Of a DNA stretch of 64,000 bases, positions 9,826 to 19,096 are shown one piece after another; position 1 is the stretch's first letter, and each line of letters opens with the position of its first letter. The stretch comes from Alphaproteobacteria bacterium. Its GTDB lineage: Bacteria; Pseudomonadota; Alphaproteobacteria; SP197. Both the position numbers and the translations under genes were made by a program. Below the pieces are notes generated by a model that did not search any database, was not told the DNA's origin, and worked only from the letters and a program-made list of their open reading frames with translations. The DNA lies in contig OZ219747.1 in NCBI GenBank assembly GCA_964291265.2, forward strand, positions 2,528,001 to 2,592,000, given 5' to 3'.

Positions 9826-11319
9826 ATGGCGATCGACGAGGACACGCGGGCGACGATCGTGCGGCTGTCGCGGGCCGAGGGCTGGGCTGTGGGGACGATT
9901 GCCCGGCATCTCGGCGTGCACCACGGCACGGTGACGCGGGCGCTCAAGGCGTCGGGGCAGGAGCGGCGGCCGCGGGCCAAGCTCATCGACCCCTTCGTTG
10001 CCTTCCTCGGGGAGCGTCTTGAGGCGTCGCCGGACCTTCCGGCCAGCACGCTCTGGCGACAGGTCGTGGCTCTGGGCTACCGCGGCGGCGAGGATCACTT
10101 CCGTCACGACCTGCGCCGCCTCGGGCTGAGGCCGGTGAAGAGGCCCGAGCCGTCGCTGCGGCTGAGCTTCCTTCCGGGCGAGCAGGCGCAGGTTGACTGG
10201 GCCGAGTTCGGGAAGGTCCGCATTGGCCGGGCGGAGCGCAGGCTCATGGGGCTTCTCGTCACCCTCAGCTACTCGCGCCAGACTGTCCTGAGCCTGTTCC
10301 ACGACGCGCGGATGGCCAGCTTCCTGCAAGGCCATGTCGAGGCTTTCGCGGCATTCGGGGGTGTGCCGCGGAGGCTTCTGTACGACAACCTGAAGAGTGC
10401 CGTGGTGACGCGCCGCGGCAAGGCGGTCACCTATCATCCGATGCTGCTCGGCCTCGCGGCCCACTATGCCTTCGAACCGAGCGCCGCCTGGCCCAGGAGC
10501 CCGCAGGAGAAGGGCCGCGTGGAACGCCGTGTGCGCTTCGCGCGCACCGGGTTCTTCGCCGGGCGCGACATCACGGTCCCGCTCGGCGAGCTCAACGCCG
10601 CAGTTCGGGAGTGGTGCTTCGGCGCCGCCGCGGAGCGGCCCTGGCCGGACGACGACAGTCTCCTGGTGCGGGACGCCTTCGCCCGGGAGAGGGAGCACCT
10701 GATCGTCCTTCCCGCCGATCCCTTCCCGCATCACGAGGTCCGCCCGGTGCGCATCGACAAGACCTGCCACGCCCGCTTCGACACCAACGACTACAGCGTT
10801 CCGGGTAGCTTCTCCAAGGCCCTGCTGACGCTGGTCGCCGACCGCGACGAGGTTCGCATCCTCGACGGCGCCGACGAGGTCGCGCGCCACCGACGCTCCT
10901 ACGACAGGAAGCAGGCCGTCACCGATCCGGAGCATGCCAGGGCGATCGCCGCGGGCAAGCGGCGGGCCCGCTCCATGAGCGTCCGCGACCGGGTCCTGCG
11001 CACCGTGCCGCGGGCCGAGGAGATGCTGGCGCGCGCCGGGACCAACGGGCGCAACGTGGCCTCCTGCGCCCGGATGCTGGAGACGCTTCTCAACGCGCAC
11101 GGCGCCGACGCTCTCGACCGGGCTGTCGCCACGGCGCTGGAGCGCGGCTCGTGCCACCCCGAAACCGTGCGCGTCATCATCGAGGAGCGCCGCCGGGAGC
11201 AGGGCCTGCCGCCCCTCAGCATCGCCGACGACGGCCGCGGCGGCCGTGGCACGACGCCGCGGGGGACCGCTCTCGACGCCTACGACAGGCCCGAAGCCAG
11301 CGCCAGGAACAAGACATGA
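9826..11319 (+). CDS. istA: IS21 transposase
   Basis: PGEQAQVDW, FGGVPRRLLYDNLKSAV, EKGRVER; RBS GGAGGGAG. Confidence 0.95.
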   Translation: MAIDEDTRATIVRLSRAEGWAVGTIARHLGVHHGTVTRALKASGQERRPRAKLIDPFVAFLGERLEASPDLPASTLWRQVVALGYRGGEDHFRHDLRRLGLRPVKRPEPSLRLSFLPGEQAQVDWAEFGKVRIGRAERRLMGLLVTLSYSRQTVLSLFHDARMASFLQGHVEAFAAFGGVPRRLLYDNLKSAVVTRRGKAVTYHPMLLGLAAHYAFEPSAAWPRSPQEKGRVERRVRFARTGFFAGRDITVPLGELNAAVREWCFGAAAERPWPDDDSLLVRDAFAREREHLIVLPADPFPHHEVRPVRIDKTCHARFDTNDYSVPGSFSKALLTLVADRDEVRILDGADEVARHRRSYDRKQAVTDPEHARAIAAGKRRARSMSVRDRVLRTVPRAEEMLARAGTNGRNVASCARMLETLLNAHGADALDRAVATALERGSCHPETVRVIIEERRREQGLPPLSIADDGRGGRGTTPRGTALDAYDRPEASARNKT

Positions 11320-12017
11320 GCGAGCTCAGGGAGCGTGCCCGGGCGCTCGGCCTCCACGGGCTCGTCGAACGCTGGGACGAGGTCGCCGGGACCGCATGGA
11401 TCGAGGAGGTGGTCAGCGGCGAGGAACAGGCCCGCAGGGCCCGCAGCCACGAGCGCCGCCGCGCCGCGGCGCGGCTGCCCGCCTTCAAGCCCCTGGCGGA
11501 CTTCGACTGGACATGGCCGCGCGACATCAGCCGGGCTCATGTCGAAGCGCTCCTCGGCCTCGGCTTCGTCGACCGTGCGGACAACGCCGTGCTCGTCGGC
11601 GGGCAGGGCACCGGAAAGACCATGATCGCCGCCAACGTGGCTCACCAGGCCCTGCTGCACGGCCACACCGTCCGCTTCGAGAAGGCGCCGGAACTGCTCG
11701 AGGCACTCGCCGAGACCGTCTCGCGCAGCGAGCTGCGCCGCCGCCTCGCGATCCTCGCCAGGCCCCGCCTGCTCGTCCTCGACGAAATCGGCTACGTGAC
11801 CCTCGAAAGCCACCATGCCGACATCCTCTACGCCATCGTCTCGCGGCGCTATCAGCGCCGCTCGACCATGGTCACGACAAGCCTCGCCTTCGCCCAGTGG
11901 GACCGCGTCTTCCCCAGCGCCTCCGGCATCGCCGGCACCGTCGACCGGCTCATGCACGACGCAACCCTCATCTCCATCGACAGCGACTCCTGGCGGCTCA
12001 GGCGTGAAACCCGATAA
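11316..12017 (+). CDS. istB: IS21 helper ATPase
   Basis: LADFDW, GGQGTGKT, LLVLDEIGY, VDRLMH; ATGA overlap. Confidence 0.93.
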   Translation: MSELRERARALGLHGLVERWDEVAGTAWIEEVVSGEEQARRARSHERRRAAARLPAFKPLADFDWTWPRDISRAHVEALLGLGFVDRADNAVLVGGQGTGKTMIAANVAHQALLHGHTVRFEKAPELLEALAETVSRSELRRRLAILARPRLLVLDEIGYVTLESHHADILYAIVSRRYQRRSTMVTTSLAFAQWDRVFPSASGIAGTVDRLMHDATLISIDSDSWRLRRETR

Positions 12018-12897
12018 ACCCCGCCGCGTCGACTTCGACGCCGTCAAGCGCATGCCGTTCGAACGCATCGCCGCCGACTGGGGATACGTCCGCGACGAAC
12101 AGGCCTCGACACGCGCCAACCCCGTCCTGTGCGCACCCGGCCTGCCGAAGCTCGTCACGAAGTGCCTCAACAACGGACACTGGGTCTACTTCAACACCCA
12201 GAACGATGAAGACAACGGAACCGTCATCGACTTCATGCTCAACCGCGGACTGGCCTTCGCCGACATCTGCACCCGCTTCGCAGCACCCGACGCCGCGCCA
12301 CGCGACTTCCGCAGCCTCTGGGCCGCGGCAACGCCCGATGCGGCCCCGGACTGGCTCACCGGGCGCGGCATCCTCCCGGAGACCCTCGACACCTGCCGCC
12401 CCCTGGTCCGCCGCGACCACAACGGACGCGTCCTCTTCGCCCATCGCAACAGGAAGCGAAAGCTCACCGGCTTCGAGATCGGTCCCCCCGACGGACCGAA
12501 ACGCTTCGCCACCGGTGGAACCCGAAGCCTGTTCGCCGTCCGCGCCGGAACCGCCGCGGACCTCGAGGCCCTCGTCATCACCGAAAGCGCCGTCGACGCC
12601 CTCAGCCTGGCCCAGATCGACCAATGTCCCCCCAGCCACGCCTTCCTCTCCACCGCCGGGGCACCCTCGCGAAGACAGCACGAACAGATCAGCCTCGCCG
12701 CAAGCAGCCTGCCCAACGTCAGGACCATCGTCCTCGCCCAGGACCACGACGAGGCCGGAGAGCGACAGGCCGAAACCCTGCGCAAAAAGATGAAGCTCCC
12801 CTCCCACGTCTCGTTCCACAGACGCAGACCGCCGGAAAACGCCGACTGGAACGACGTCGTCAACGCCAGGACCAAAGAACCACAAGCGAGATCATGA
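12004..12897 (+). CDS. Toprim (primase-like, DUF3991-type) protein
   Basis: GTVIDF, WLTGRGI, VITESAVDALS, AQDHDEAG, DWND. Confidence 0.85.
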   Translation: MKPDKPRRVDFDAVKRMPFERIAADWGYVRDEQASTRANPVLCAPGLPKLVTKCLNNGHWVYFNTQNDEDNGTVIDFMLNRGLAFADICTRFAAPDAAPRDFRSLWAAATPDAAPDWLTGRGILPETLDTCRPLVRRDHNGRVLFAHRNRKRKLTGFEIGPPDGPKRFATGGTRSLFAVRAGTAADLEALVITESAVDALSLAQIDQCPPSHAFLSTAGAPSRRQHEQISLAASSLPNVRTIVLAQDHDEAGERQAETLRKKMKLPSHVSFHRRRPPENADWNDVVNARTKEPQARS

Positions 12898-13214
12898 CCA
12901 CGTCCGTCACAAGGAGACCACTCATGCCCCTCACGCCCGCCGAAAAGCAGCGGTGATACCGGGAACGGCGCAAGGCCGGCATCCCTCCCGTCCACACCCC
13001 AAAGCACCGTGACCGGCGCTCGCGACCGCAACGCTGGAACGACGCCGTGGCCGAACTGCGCTCCCTGCAGGACGAATGGCGTGACCACCTCGACAGCATC
13101 CCCGAAAGCCTCCGTGACACGCCTTACGGAGAACGCCTGCAGAGCGTCGCCGATGCCGACATCGAGGCCCTCGAGGACATCGAACCGCCACGCGGCTACG
13201 GAAGGGATACGTGA
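12894..13214 (+). pseudogene. Small accessory protein with nonsense codon
   Basis: TGA at 12954-12956 is CGA in copy 2, where the ORF is intact. Confidence 0.75.
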
Positions 13215-13808
13215 TCCCGCAAGACCCTTGAACGCGGTCACGCGTTACCATCCAGGAATGAGAACGTCTCACCCCGACGCGCCGCTCAGCCTCCCCGGGA
13301 AACACCCGGGCCGTCCAAACGACACCGCATCACGAGACTGCCGCAGCCTCTGAGCCGCAGCGACGCCCGATCCGCCGCCGGGCTGGCTCACAGGTCGCAG
13401 CATCCGCCCGAAAACACTCGACGCCTGCCGCACCCTGCAGGACGAATGGCGTGACCGCCTCGACAGCATCCCCGAAACCCTCCGTGACACGCCTTACGGA
13501 GAACGCCTGCAGAGCGTCGCCGATGCCGACATCGAGGCTCTCGAGGACATCGAACCGCCACGCGGCTACGGAAGGGACACGTAATCTCGCAAGACCCTTG
13601 AACGCGGTCACGCGTTACCATCCAGGAATGAGAACGTCTCACCCCGACGCGCCGCTCAGCCTCCCCGGGAAACCCCCGGGCCGTCCAAACGACACCACAT
13701 CACGAGACTGCCGCAGCCGCTGAGCCGCAGCAACGCCCGATCCGCCGCCGGACTGGCTCACAGGTCGCAGCATCCGCCCGAAAACACTCGACGCCTGCCG
13801 CACCCTGC
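13063..13808 (+). repeat. 370-bp tandem duplication overlapping a decayed toprim copy
   Basis: ccctgc anchors at 13063, 13433, 13803; about 13705-14020 is a deleted, diverged copy of 12300-12870. Confidence 0.85.
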
Positions 13809-14182
13809 GCCGCCGCAACCGCAACGCACGCAGCCTCTTCGCCCAGCGCAACAGAAACCGTCAGCTCTCCAGCCTCGAGATCGTCCCGCCCGACGAACCA
13901 CGACGAGGACGGAGAACGCCAGAACGAAACCACGCGCAAAAGCCTGAAGCTCCCCTCCCACATCACGTTCCACAAACGCCGAACGCCAGAAAACGCCGAC
14001 CGGAACGACATCGTCAACGTCAATGCAAGACCAATGGGATCCAACAATAGGCAGAAAACAAAGACCGGGCGGACCTTCGTCCAATGCCGCACGTTCTCCT
14101 GTCGTGGTCACCCACTCACACGATCAGCGCCCAAAAGAGCGGTTCTCCGCCAATATCCCGCCGTTCTAAATCGCCGCCGACA

Positions 14183-14696
14183 GGGATGCCCGCATTGCGG
14201 CGGTCGTCTTCACAGCGCGCGGTATCCGCGCAAGCCGCACGCGCTTGCGCCTGCTCTTCGCGGCGACAACCGCCGTTTCAGCTTCTGCTGTGCTGAGTGC
14301 AGGAGCCGGACGACTCCGCCCTCGGTGCGCTTCTTCGGCCGGAGGTTCCGTGCGGCGCCGGTATACCTGGCTGCGAGCCTCCTGGTTCTGTGCGGCAGTG
14401 TTCCCCTGGCGAAGGCGAGCCGCATGTCTGGCATCCCGGAGAGGACGCTTGGCCGGTGGCGTCGATGGTGGCGGGAGAGGTTCCCGGCGACGGCGGCGTG
14501 GCGCTGGAAGCGTGGCGATCTGGCGGTGGAGGCGGACGAGCCTCCGCTTGTGGCCCTGGTGCGCTTGATGCGCGGCGGATCGTTTCGATCGCGCCTTCTG
14601 CGGAGCCTGGTCTGGCTCATGCCGTGGACCGGCTTCTGCAGGATCGTCGATGGTCTGTCGCCGCCCGCAGAGAGTGCCTGTAGTGCGATGACATAG
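14183..14696 (+). pseudogene. Zn-finger/HTH accessory protein, 3' part
   Basis: CPHCGGRLHSARYPRKP, RFSFCCAECRSRTTPPSVRF, RTLGRWRRWW. Confidence 0.8.
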
Positions 14697-14718
14697 GACC
14701 GTATAGGGCCTTCCTCCC

Positions 14719-16236
14719 ATGGGACGACGAGGGAGGAAGGCCGTCGTGGTGACGAAGGACGAAGCGGACGCCGGGGACGCCTGGACGCGGCTGCGCTTTG
14801 CGGTGGTTGGCCCGCTGCTGGCGTCGCCGCCGCCGAAGGGGGGTCTGCGGGCCGAGCTTCAACGGCTGTCGCGGCGGGACTGGGAGCATCCCGTCAGGGG
14901 CGGCACGATCCGCTTCTCGGTGTCGACGATCGAGCGCTGGTACTACAAGGCGCGGTCGGCCGACCGGGATCCGGTGCGGGCGCTGCGCCGTCGGGTGCGC
15001 TGCGACGCCGGTCGTGCGCGGAGCGTCTCGCCCCTGCTGATGGCGGCCTTGCGCGACCAGTACAGGGCGCACCCCACGTGGTCGGTTCAGCTCCACCACG
15101 ACAACCTTTGCGCGCTGGTCGAGGCCGACCCTTCGCTCGGGCCGATGCCGTCCTATGCGACGCTGACCCGGGTCATGCGTTCGGCGGGCCTGGAGCGGCG
15201 GCGGCGGCAGCGGAAGTTCGGTGGTGAAGCGGAGCGGCCTGCGGTCGAGGGGCGCGAGGTGCTGAGCTACGAGGTCTCGCGCAGCCATGCCCTGTGGCAC
15301 GCCGACTTCCACCATGCGCGGACCTGTCGCGTGCTGACGCCGTCCGGGGAGTGGAGGACGCCGATCCTGCTCAGCTTCATCGACGACCACTCGCGTCTCG
15401 TCTGCCACATGCAGTGGTATCTCGGGGAGACCACGGAGATCTTCGTTCACGGCATCAGCCAGGCCTTCATGAAGCGAGGGCTGCCGCGGTCCCTTCTGAC
15501 CGACAACGGATCGGCGATGACGGCCGGGGAGGTGCAGGAGGGACTGCACGCCCTCGGCGTGCTGCACCACCACACGCTTGTCCGCAGCCCGTACCAGAAC
15601 GGCAAGCAGGAGGTGCTGTTCGCCCAGGTCGAGGGCCGCCTGATGGCGATGCTCGAGAACGTCGAGACCCTGACCCTGCAGGACCTGAACGACGCCACCG
15701 TCATCTGGGTCGAGCGCGAGTATCACCGCCGCGTACACCGCGAGACGGGGGTCACGCCGCTCAGGCGCGTGATCGACAGCGAGGACGCCTCGCGGACATG
15801 CCCGGACAGCAGCGAACTCCGGGCCGCCTTCCGCATCAAGGTGCGTCGCAAGGTGCGACGCTCCGACGCCACGGTGACGGTGGCGAGTGTCCGCTATCAA
15901 CTGCCGGCGCCGTGGCGCCACCTGCGCGAGATCGACCTGCGCGTCGCCCGCTGGGACCTCTCCGGCATCGACATGGTCGACGGCCGCACCGGGGACCGCA
16001 TCTCGACCCTGCGTCCGGTGGACAAGTCTCGCAACGCCGAGGGGCTCCGCCGCCGGACCGGGCGCCGGAGAGAAGACGACGAGGTGAAGCCACAGACCGG
16101 GCCGGCGCCGCTGCTCAAGCGCCTGCGCGACGAGCAGGACGCCACCGGCCTGCCCCCGGCATGGTTGCCCTTCGGCAAGGATGCCGGCCCGAACGACGAA
16201 GGCAAGGACAACAACGATCAGGGAGACATGTCATGA
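14719..16236 (+). CDS. DDE integrase-type (Mu/IS481/TnsB-like) transposase
   Basis: STIERWY, LWHADFH, FIDDHSR, LTDNGS, YQNGKQE; Mu-like C-terminal region. Confidence 0.9.
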   Translation: MGRRGRKAVVVTKDEADAGDAWTRLRFAVVGPLLASPPPKGGLRAELQRLSRRDWEHPVRGGTIRFSVSTIERWYYKARSADRDPVRALRRRVRCDAGRARSVSPLLMAALRDQYRAHPTWSVQLHHDNLCALVEADPSLGPMPSYATLTRVMRSAGLERRRRQRKFGGEAERPAVEGREVLSYEVSRSHALWHADFHHARTCRVLTPSGEWRTPILLSFIDDHSRLVCHMQWYLGETTEIFVHGISQAFMKRGLPRSLLTDNGSAMTAGEVQEGLHALGVLHHHTLVRSPYQNGKQEVLFAQVEGRLMAMLENVETLTLQDLNDATVIWVEREYHRRVHRETGVTPLRRVIDSEDASRTCPDSSELRAAFRIKVRRKVRRSDATVTVASVRYQLPAPWRHLREIDLRVARWDLSGIDMVDGRTGDRISTLRPVDKSRNAEGLRRRTGRRREDDEVKPQTGPAPLLKRLRDEQDATGLPPAWLPFGKDAGPNDEGKDNNDQGDMS

Positions 16237-17063
16237 ACCGCCAACACCTCACCCATTACGGCCTCAAGTGGAACCCCTTCGCCGCCGACCTGCCGGTCGA
16301 GGGCCTTCTCGCAACGCCCGCGATCGACAGCTTCTGCCGCAGGATCGAGCGTCAGCTCGTGCGCCAGGGCGGCTTCGCCGTGGTGGCCGGCGAGCATGGC
16401 ACCGGCAAGAGCGTCGCCCTGCGCCTGCTCGACGAGCGTCTCGAGACCGCGGAGGGCCTCGACGTCGCCGTGCTCGCCCATCCCTCGTCGAGCACCGCAG
16501 ACTTCTACCGCGAGATGACCGACCTCTTCGGCATCACGACACTGCGCCGGAACCTCTGGGCCGGCTTCAAGGCCCTGCGCGAGTGCTGGCTCACCCATCT
16601 CGAGGACACCCGCATGCGCCCGGTCCTGCTCGTCGACGAGGCCCAGGAGATGCCGCAGGCCGTGCTCACCGAACTGCGCCTGCTCGCCTCCACGGAGTTC
16701 GACTCGCGCGCCATCCTCAGCGTCGTCCTGGCCGGCGACAGCCGCCTGCTCGCCAAGCTGCACAGCCCCGACCTGCAAGCCGTCGCCTCGCGGGTCCGTC
16801 AACGCCTCGTCATGACGCGCTGCGAACCCGACGAACTGCTCCGCCTGCTCGACCACCTGCTCGACGCCGCCGGCAATCCAGGCCTCATGACCCCCGGCCT
16901 CAAGGAGACCCTCGTCGTCCATGCAGACGGCAATCCGCGCTCCCTGACCATCCTCGCCGACAACCTCCTCGCTGTCGCCCTCGACACCGACCGCGAGGTG
17001 CTCGACGAAAAGCTCTTCCTCGAAACCTGGGGCGAACCCATCCCGCCGAGGCGCACACGATGA
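16233..17063 (+). CDS. ExeA/TnsC-like AAA ATPase
   Basis: YGLKWNPF, GEHGTGKS, LLVDEAQ, GNPRSL; ATGA overlap. Confidence 0.88.
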   Translation: MNRQHLTHYGLKWNPFAADLPVEGLLATPAIDSFCRRIERQLVRQGGFAVVAGEHGTGKSVALRLLDERLETAEGLDVAVLAHPSSSTADFYREMTDLFGITTLRRNLWAGFKALRECWLTHLEDTRMRPVLLVDEAQEMPQAVLTELRLLASTEFDSRAILSVVLAGDSRLLAKLHSPDLQAVASRVRQRLVMTRCEPDELLRLLDHLLDAAGNPGLMTPGLKETLVVHADGNPRSLTILADNLLAVALDTDREVLDEKLFLETWGEPIPPRRTR

Positions 17064-18007
17064 TCGGCCTGCCAACCCGCAGCCCGGCCGAACTCGAGGA
17101 CCGGCCAACCGAGGGGCAGTGGCTCGTCGACAGCCTGTGGGGCCGCGAGGCCGTCGGCATCATCGGCGGCGAACCCAAGTGCGGAAAGTCCTTCCTCGCC
17201 CTCGATCTCGCCGTCGCCGTCGCCGCCGGCGTCCCCTGCCTGCGCCGCTTCCCGGCCATGCACCCCGGACCGGTGCTCATGTTCGCCGCCGAGGACGCCG
17301 GCCACATCGTGCGACGCCGCCTCCAGGGCATCGCCGCCGCAGCCGGCGCCGACTTCGACACCCTCGACATCGCCGTCATCGACGTCCCCGCACTGCGCCT
17401 CGACCACCCAACCGACCGCCAGCGCCTGCTCGAGACCGTCGAGCGTCACGGCTCCCGCCTGCTCATCCTCGACCCCCTCGTCCGCCTGCACGGCGTCGAT
17501 GAAAACGCCGTCGCCGAGATCGCGCCGATCCTCGGCTTCCTGCGCGACGTGCAGCGACACTCCGGCGCCGCCGTGCTGCTCGTCCACCACGCACGCAAGA
17601 GCGCCGCCAGCCGGCCCGGACAGGCCCTGCGCGGAAGCAGCGAGCTGCACGCATGGGGCGACAGCAACCTCTACCTGCGGCGCCGCCACGAAACCATCCT
17701 CATGACCGTCGAACACCGCGCCGCACCCGGACTCGCCGATCTCGACATCGAACTCACCGACAGCGGCAACGGAGCCGCCCTGCAGCTGCGGCAACAGGAA
17801 CCCGACGGCGCCAGGCCGCAGCCGCCAACCCCCGAACAGCGCATCGTCCAGGTCCTCGCCGACGCCGATGCCCCGCTCTCGCTGCGCCAGGTCCGGGACC
17901 GCGTCCCAACACGGAACACGACCGTCGCCACGCTTCTAGCCAAGCTCGTCCAGGAAGGACGTGTCGCACAGGACGGTCCCGGTGCCTATCGCGTCGCCAA
18001 AGCCTGA
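17060..18007 (+). CDS. RecA-fold RepA/AAA_25-type helicase with C-terminal HTH
   Basis: QWLVDSLW, GGEPKCGKS, AAED, LILDPL, LVHHARK, LRGSSELHAW. Confidence 0.88.
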   Translation: MIGLPTRSPAELEDRPTEGQWLVDSLWGREAVGIIGGEPKCGKSFLALDLAVAVAAGVPCLRRFPAMHPGPVLMFAAEDAGHIVRRRLQGIAAAAGADFDTLDIAVIDVPALRLDHPTDRQRLLETVERHGSRLLILDPLVRLHGVDENAVAEIAPILGFLRDVQRHSGAAVLLVHHARKSAASRPGQALRGSSELHAWGDSNLYLRRRHETILMTVEHRAAPGLADLDIELTDSGNGAALQLRQQEPDGARPQPPTPEQRIVQVLADADAPLSLRQVRDRVPTRNTTVATLLAKLVQEGRVAQDGPGAYRVAKA

Positions 18008-18044
18008 CCGCAACAACCAGGCGCAAAACGCCCCGACGCCAGGC

Positions 18045-18106
18045 GGTTCCCGGTTCCCGGTTCCCGTTCACCCTGGGAGTTCAGGTGGGAACCGCCAACG
18101 GGAACC
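18045..18106. repeat. Inverted iteron-like cluster
   Basis: GGTTCCC at 18045, 18052, 18059 facing GGGAACC at 18087, 18100. Confidence 0.7.
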
Positions 18107-18141
18107 ACCCCCCGTCCACCACGCAGGAGGCTCGACAGACC

Positions 18142-19005
18142 ATGATCCGGTCCTGGGACAATCAGCATCTCGATGACATCCGCAACCAGCCCCTCGAACC
18201 ACTCGCCCTGCGGCTCGGCTACCGAAGAGACCCGCGCGACCCGCGACGCTTCAAGCGCCACGGATCCGTCATCAGCGTCAACCGACAACGCTGGTTCGAC
18301 CACATCACCCAGTCCGGCGGTGGCGGCGCCATCGATCTCGTCATGCATGCACACCGCTGCAGCTTCAACGACGCCGTCGCACTCCTCACCGCACGCTCCG
18401 GCGGCAAGGGGCCGAGAACACCAACGCACTGCGAGGAAACCTGGCACGCCGTACGCCACTACCTCGCCCATGACCGCCGCCTGCCAGACCGTTGCCTGGA
18501 CGCTTGCCGACAGCACGGCCTCGTCGCCGCCGACGAACGCAGAAACGCCGTCTTCACATGCACCAACGCACGAAGAGACGTCTCCGGCGCCGAGATCGTC
18601 GGTACCGTCCCCAACGCAGACGGAAAGCAGTACAGAGCCATGGCGCGTGGATCACGCAAGGCCGCCGGCAGCTTCTGGATCCCCGTGGACCGCTCCATGC
18701 CACGCACCATCATCATCACCGAAAGCGCCATCGACGCCCTCTCCGCATGGTGCCTCAAGGAATGTCGGCAATCCGCTACCGTGATCCTGTCAACCGCCGG
18801 CATCGCTTACCGTCTCCCAACATGGGCCGAAGCCTGGACGCCAAAGCGCATCCTCGTCGCCTTCGACGCCGATCCCGTCGGAGAACAGGCCGCCGAGCGC
18901 CTCGTCAGCCAAGACCCAAGAGCTCTCCGCATGAGACCCCCAGACGGACACAAAGACTGGAACGACGTCCTCAAGGCACGAACACCAGCCTTCCCTTCCA
19001 AGTAG
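18142..19005 (+). CDS. Toprim (DnaG-like primase, DUF3991-type) protein
   Basis: WFDH...GGGAIDLVMH, ITESAIDALS, AFDADPVG, KDWND; RBS AGGAGG. Confidence 0.88.
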   Translation: MIRSWDNQHLDDIRNQPLEPLALRLGYRRDPRDPRRFKRHGSVISVNRQRWFDHITQSGGGGAIDLVMHAHRCSFNDAVALLTARSGGKGPRTPTHCEETWHAVRHYLAHDRRLPDRCLDACRQHGLVAADERRNAVFTCTNARRDVSGAEIVGTVPNADGKQYRAMARGSRKAAGSFWIPVDRSMPRTIIITESAIDALSAWCLKECRQSATVILSTAGIAYRLPTWAEAWTPKRILVAFDADPVGEQAAERLVSQDPRALRMRPPDGHKDWNDVLKARTPAFPSK

Positions 19006-19096
19006 CCTTCAAGAACCGCAAACCAAGCGCAGCGCGAAAGCTCATGTCCACTAAATTGCCCGATCAACGCATCATCAATCTGCCTGAAGGCGCTCA

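Larger units (their letters stand above)
8839..14182 (+). mobile_element. IS21-like element with cargo (5344 bp), copy 1
   Basis: TG...CA ends sharing TAGAACGGCGGGAT; 5-bp TSD GGGAT at 8834-8838 and 14183-14187; inverted near-identical copy at 35375-40694. Confidence 0.93.
8588..19096 (+). mobile_element. Mu/Tn7-like DDE + AAA ATPase transposon (5.16 kb without the inner IS21) carrying helicase and toprim genes
   Basis: Ends TAAGCG... and ...CGCTCA; 5-bp TSD GACGT at 8583-8587 and 19097-19101; removal restores the recombinase (DNGTSHRYQC). Confidence 0.85.
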
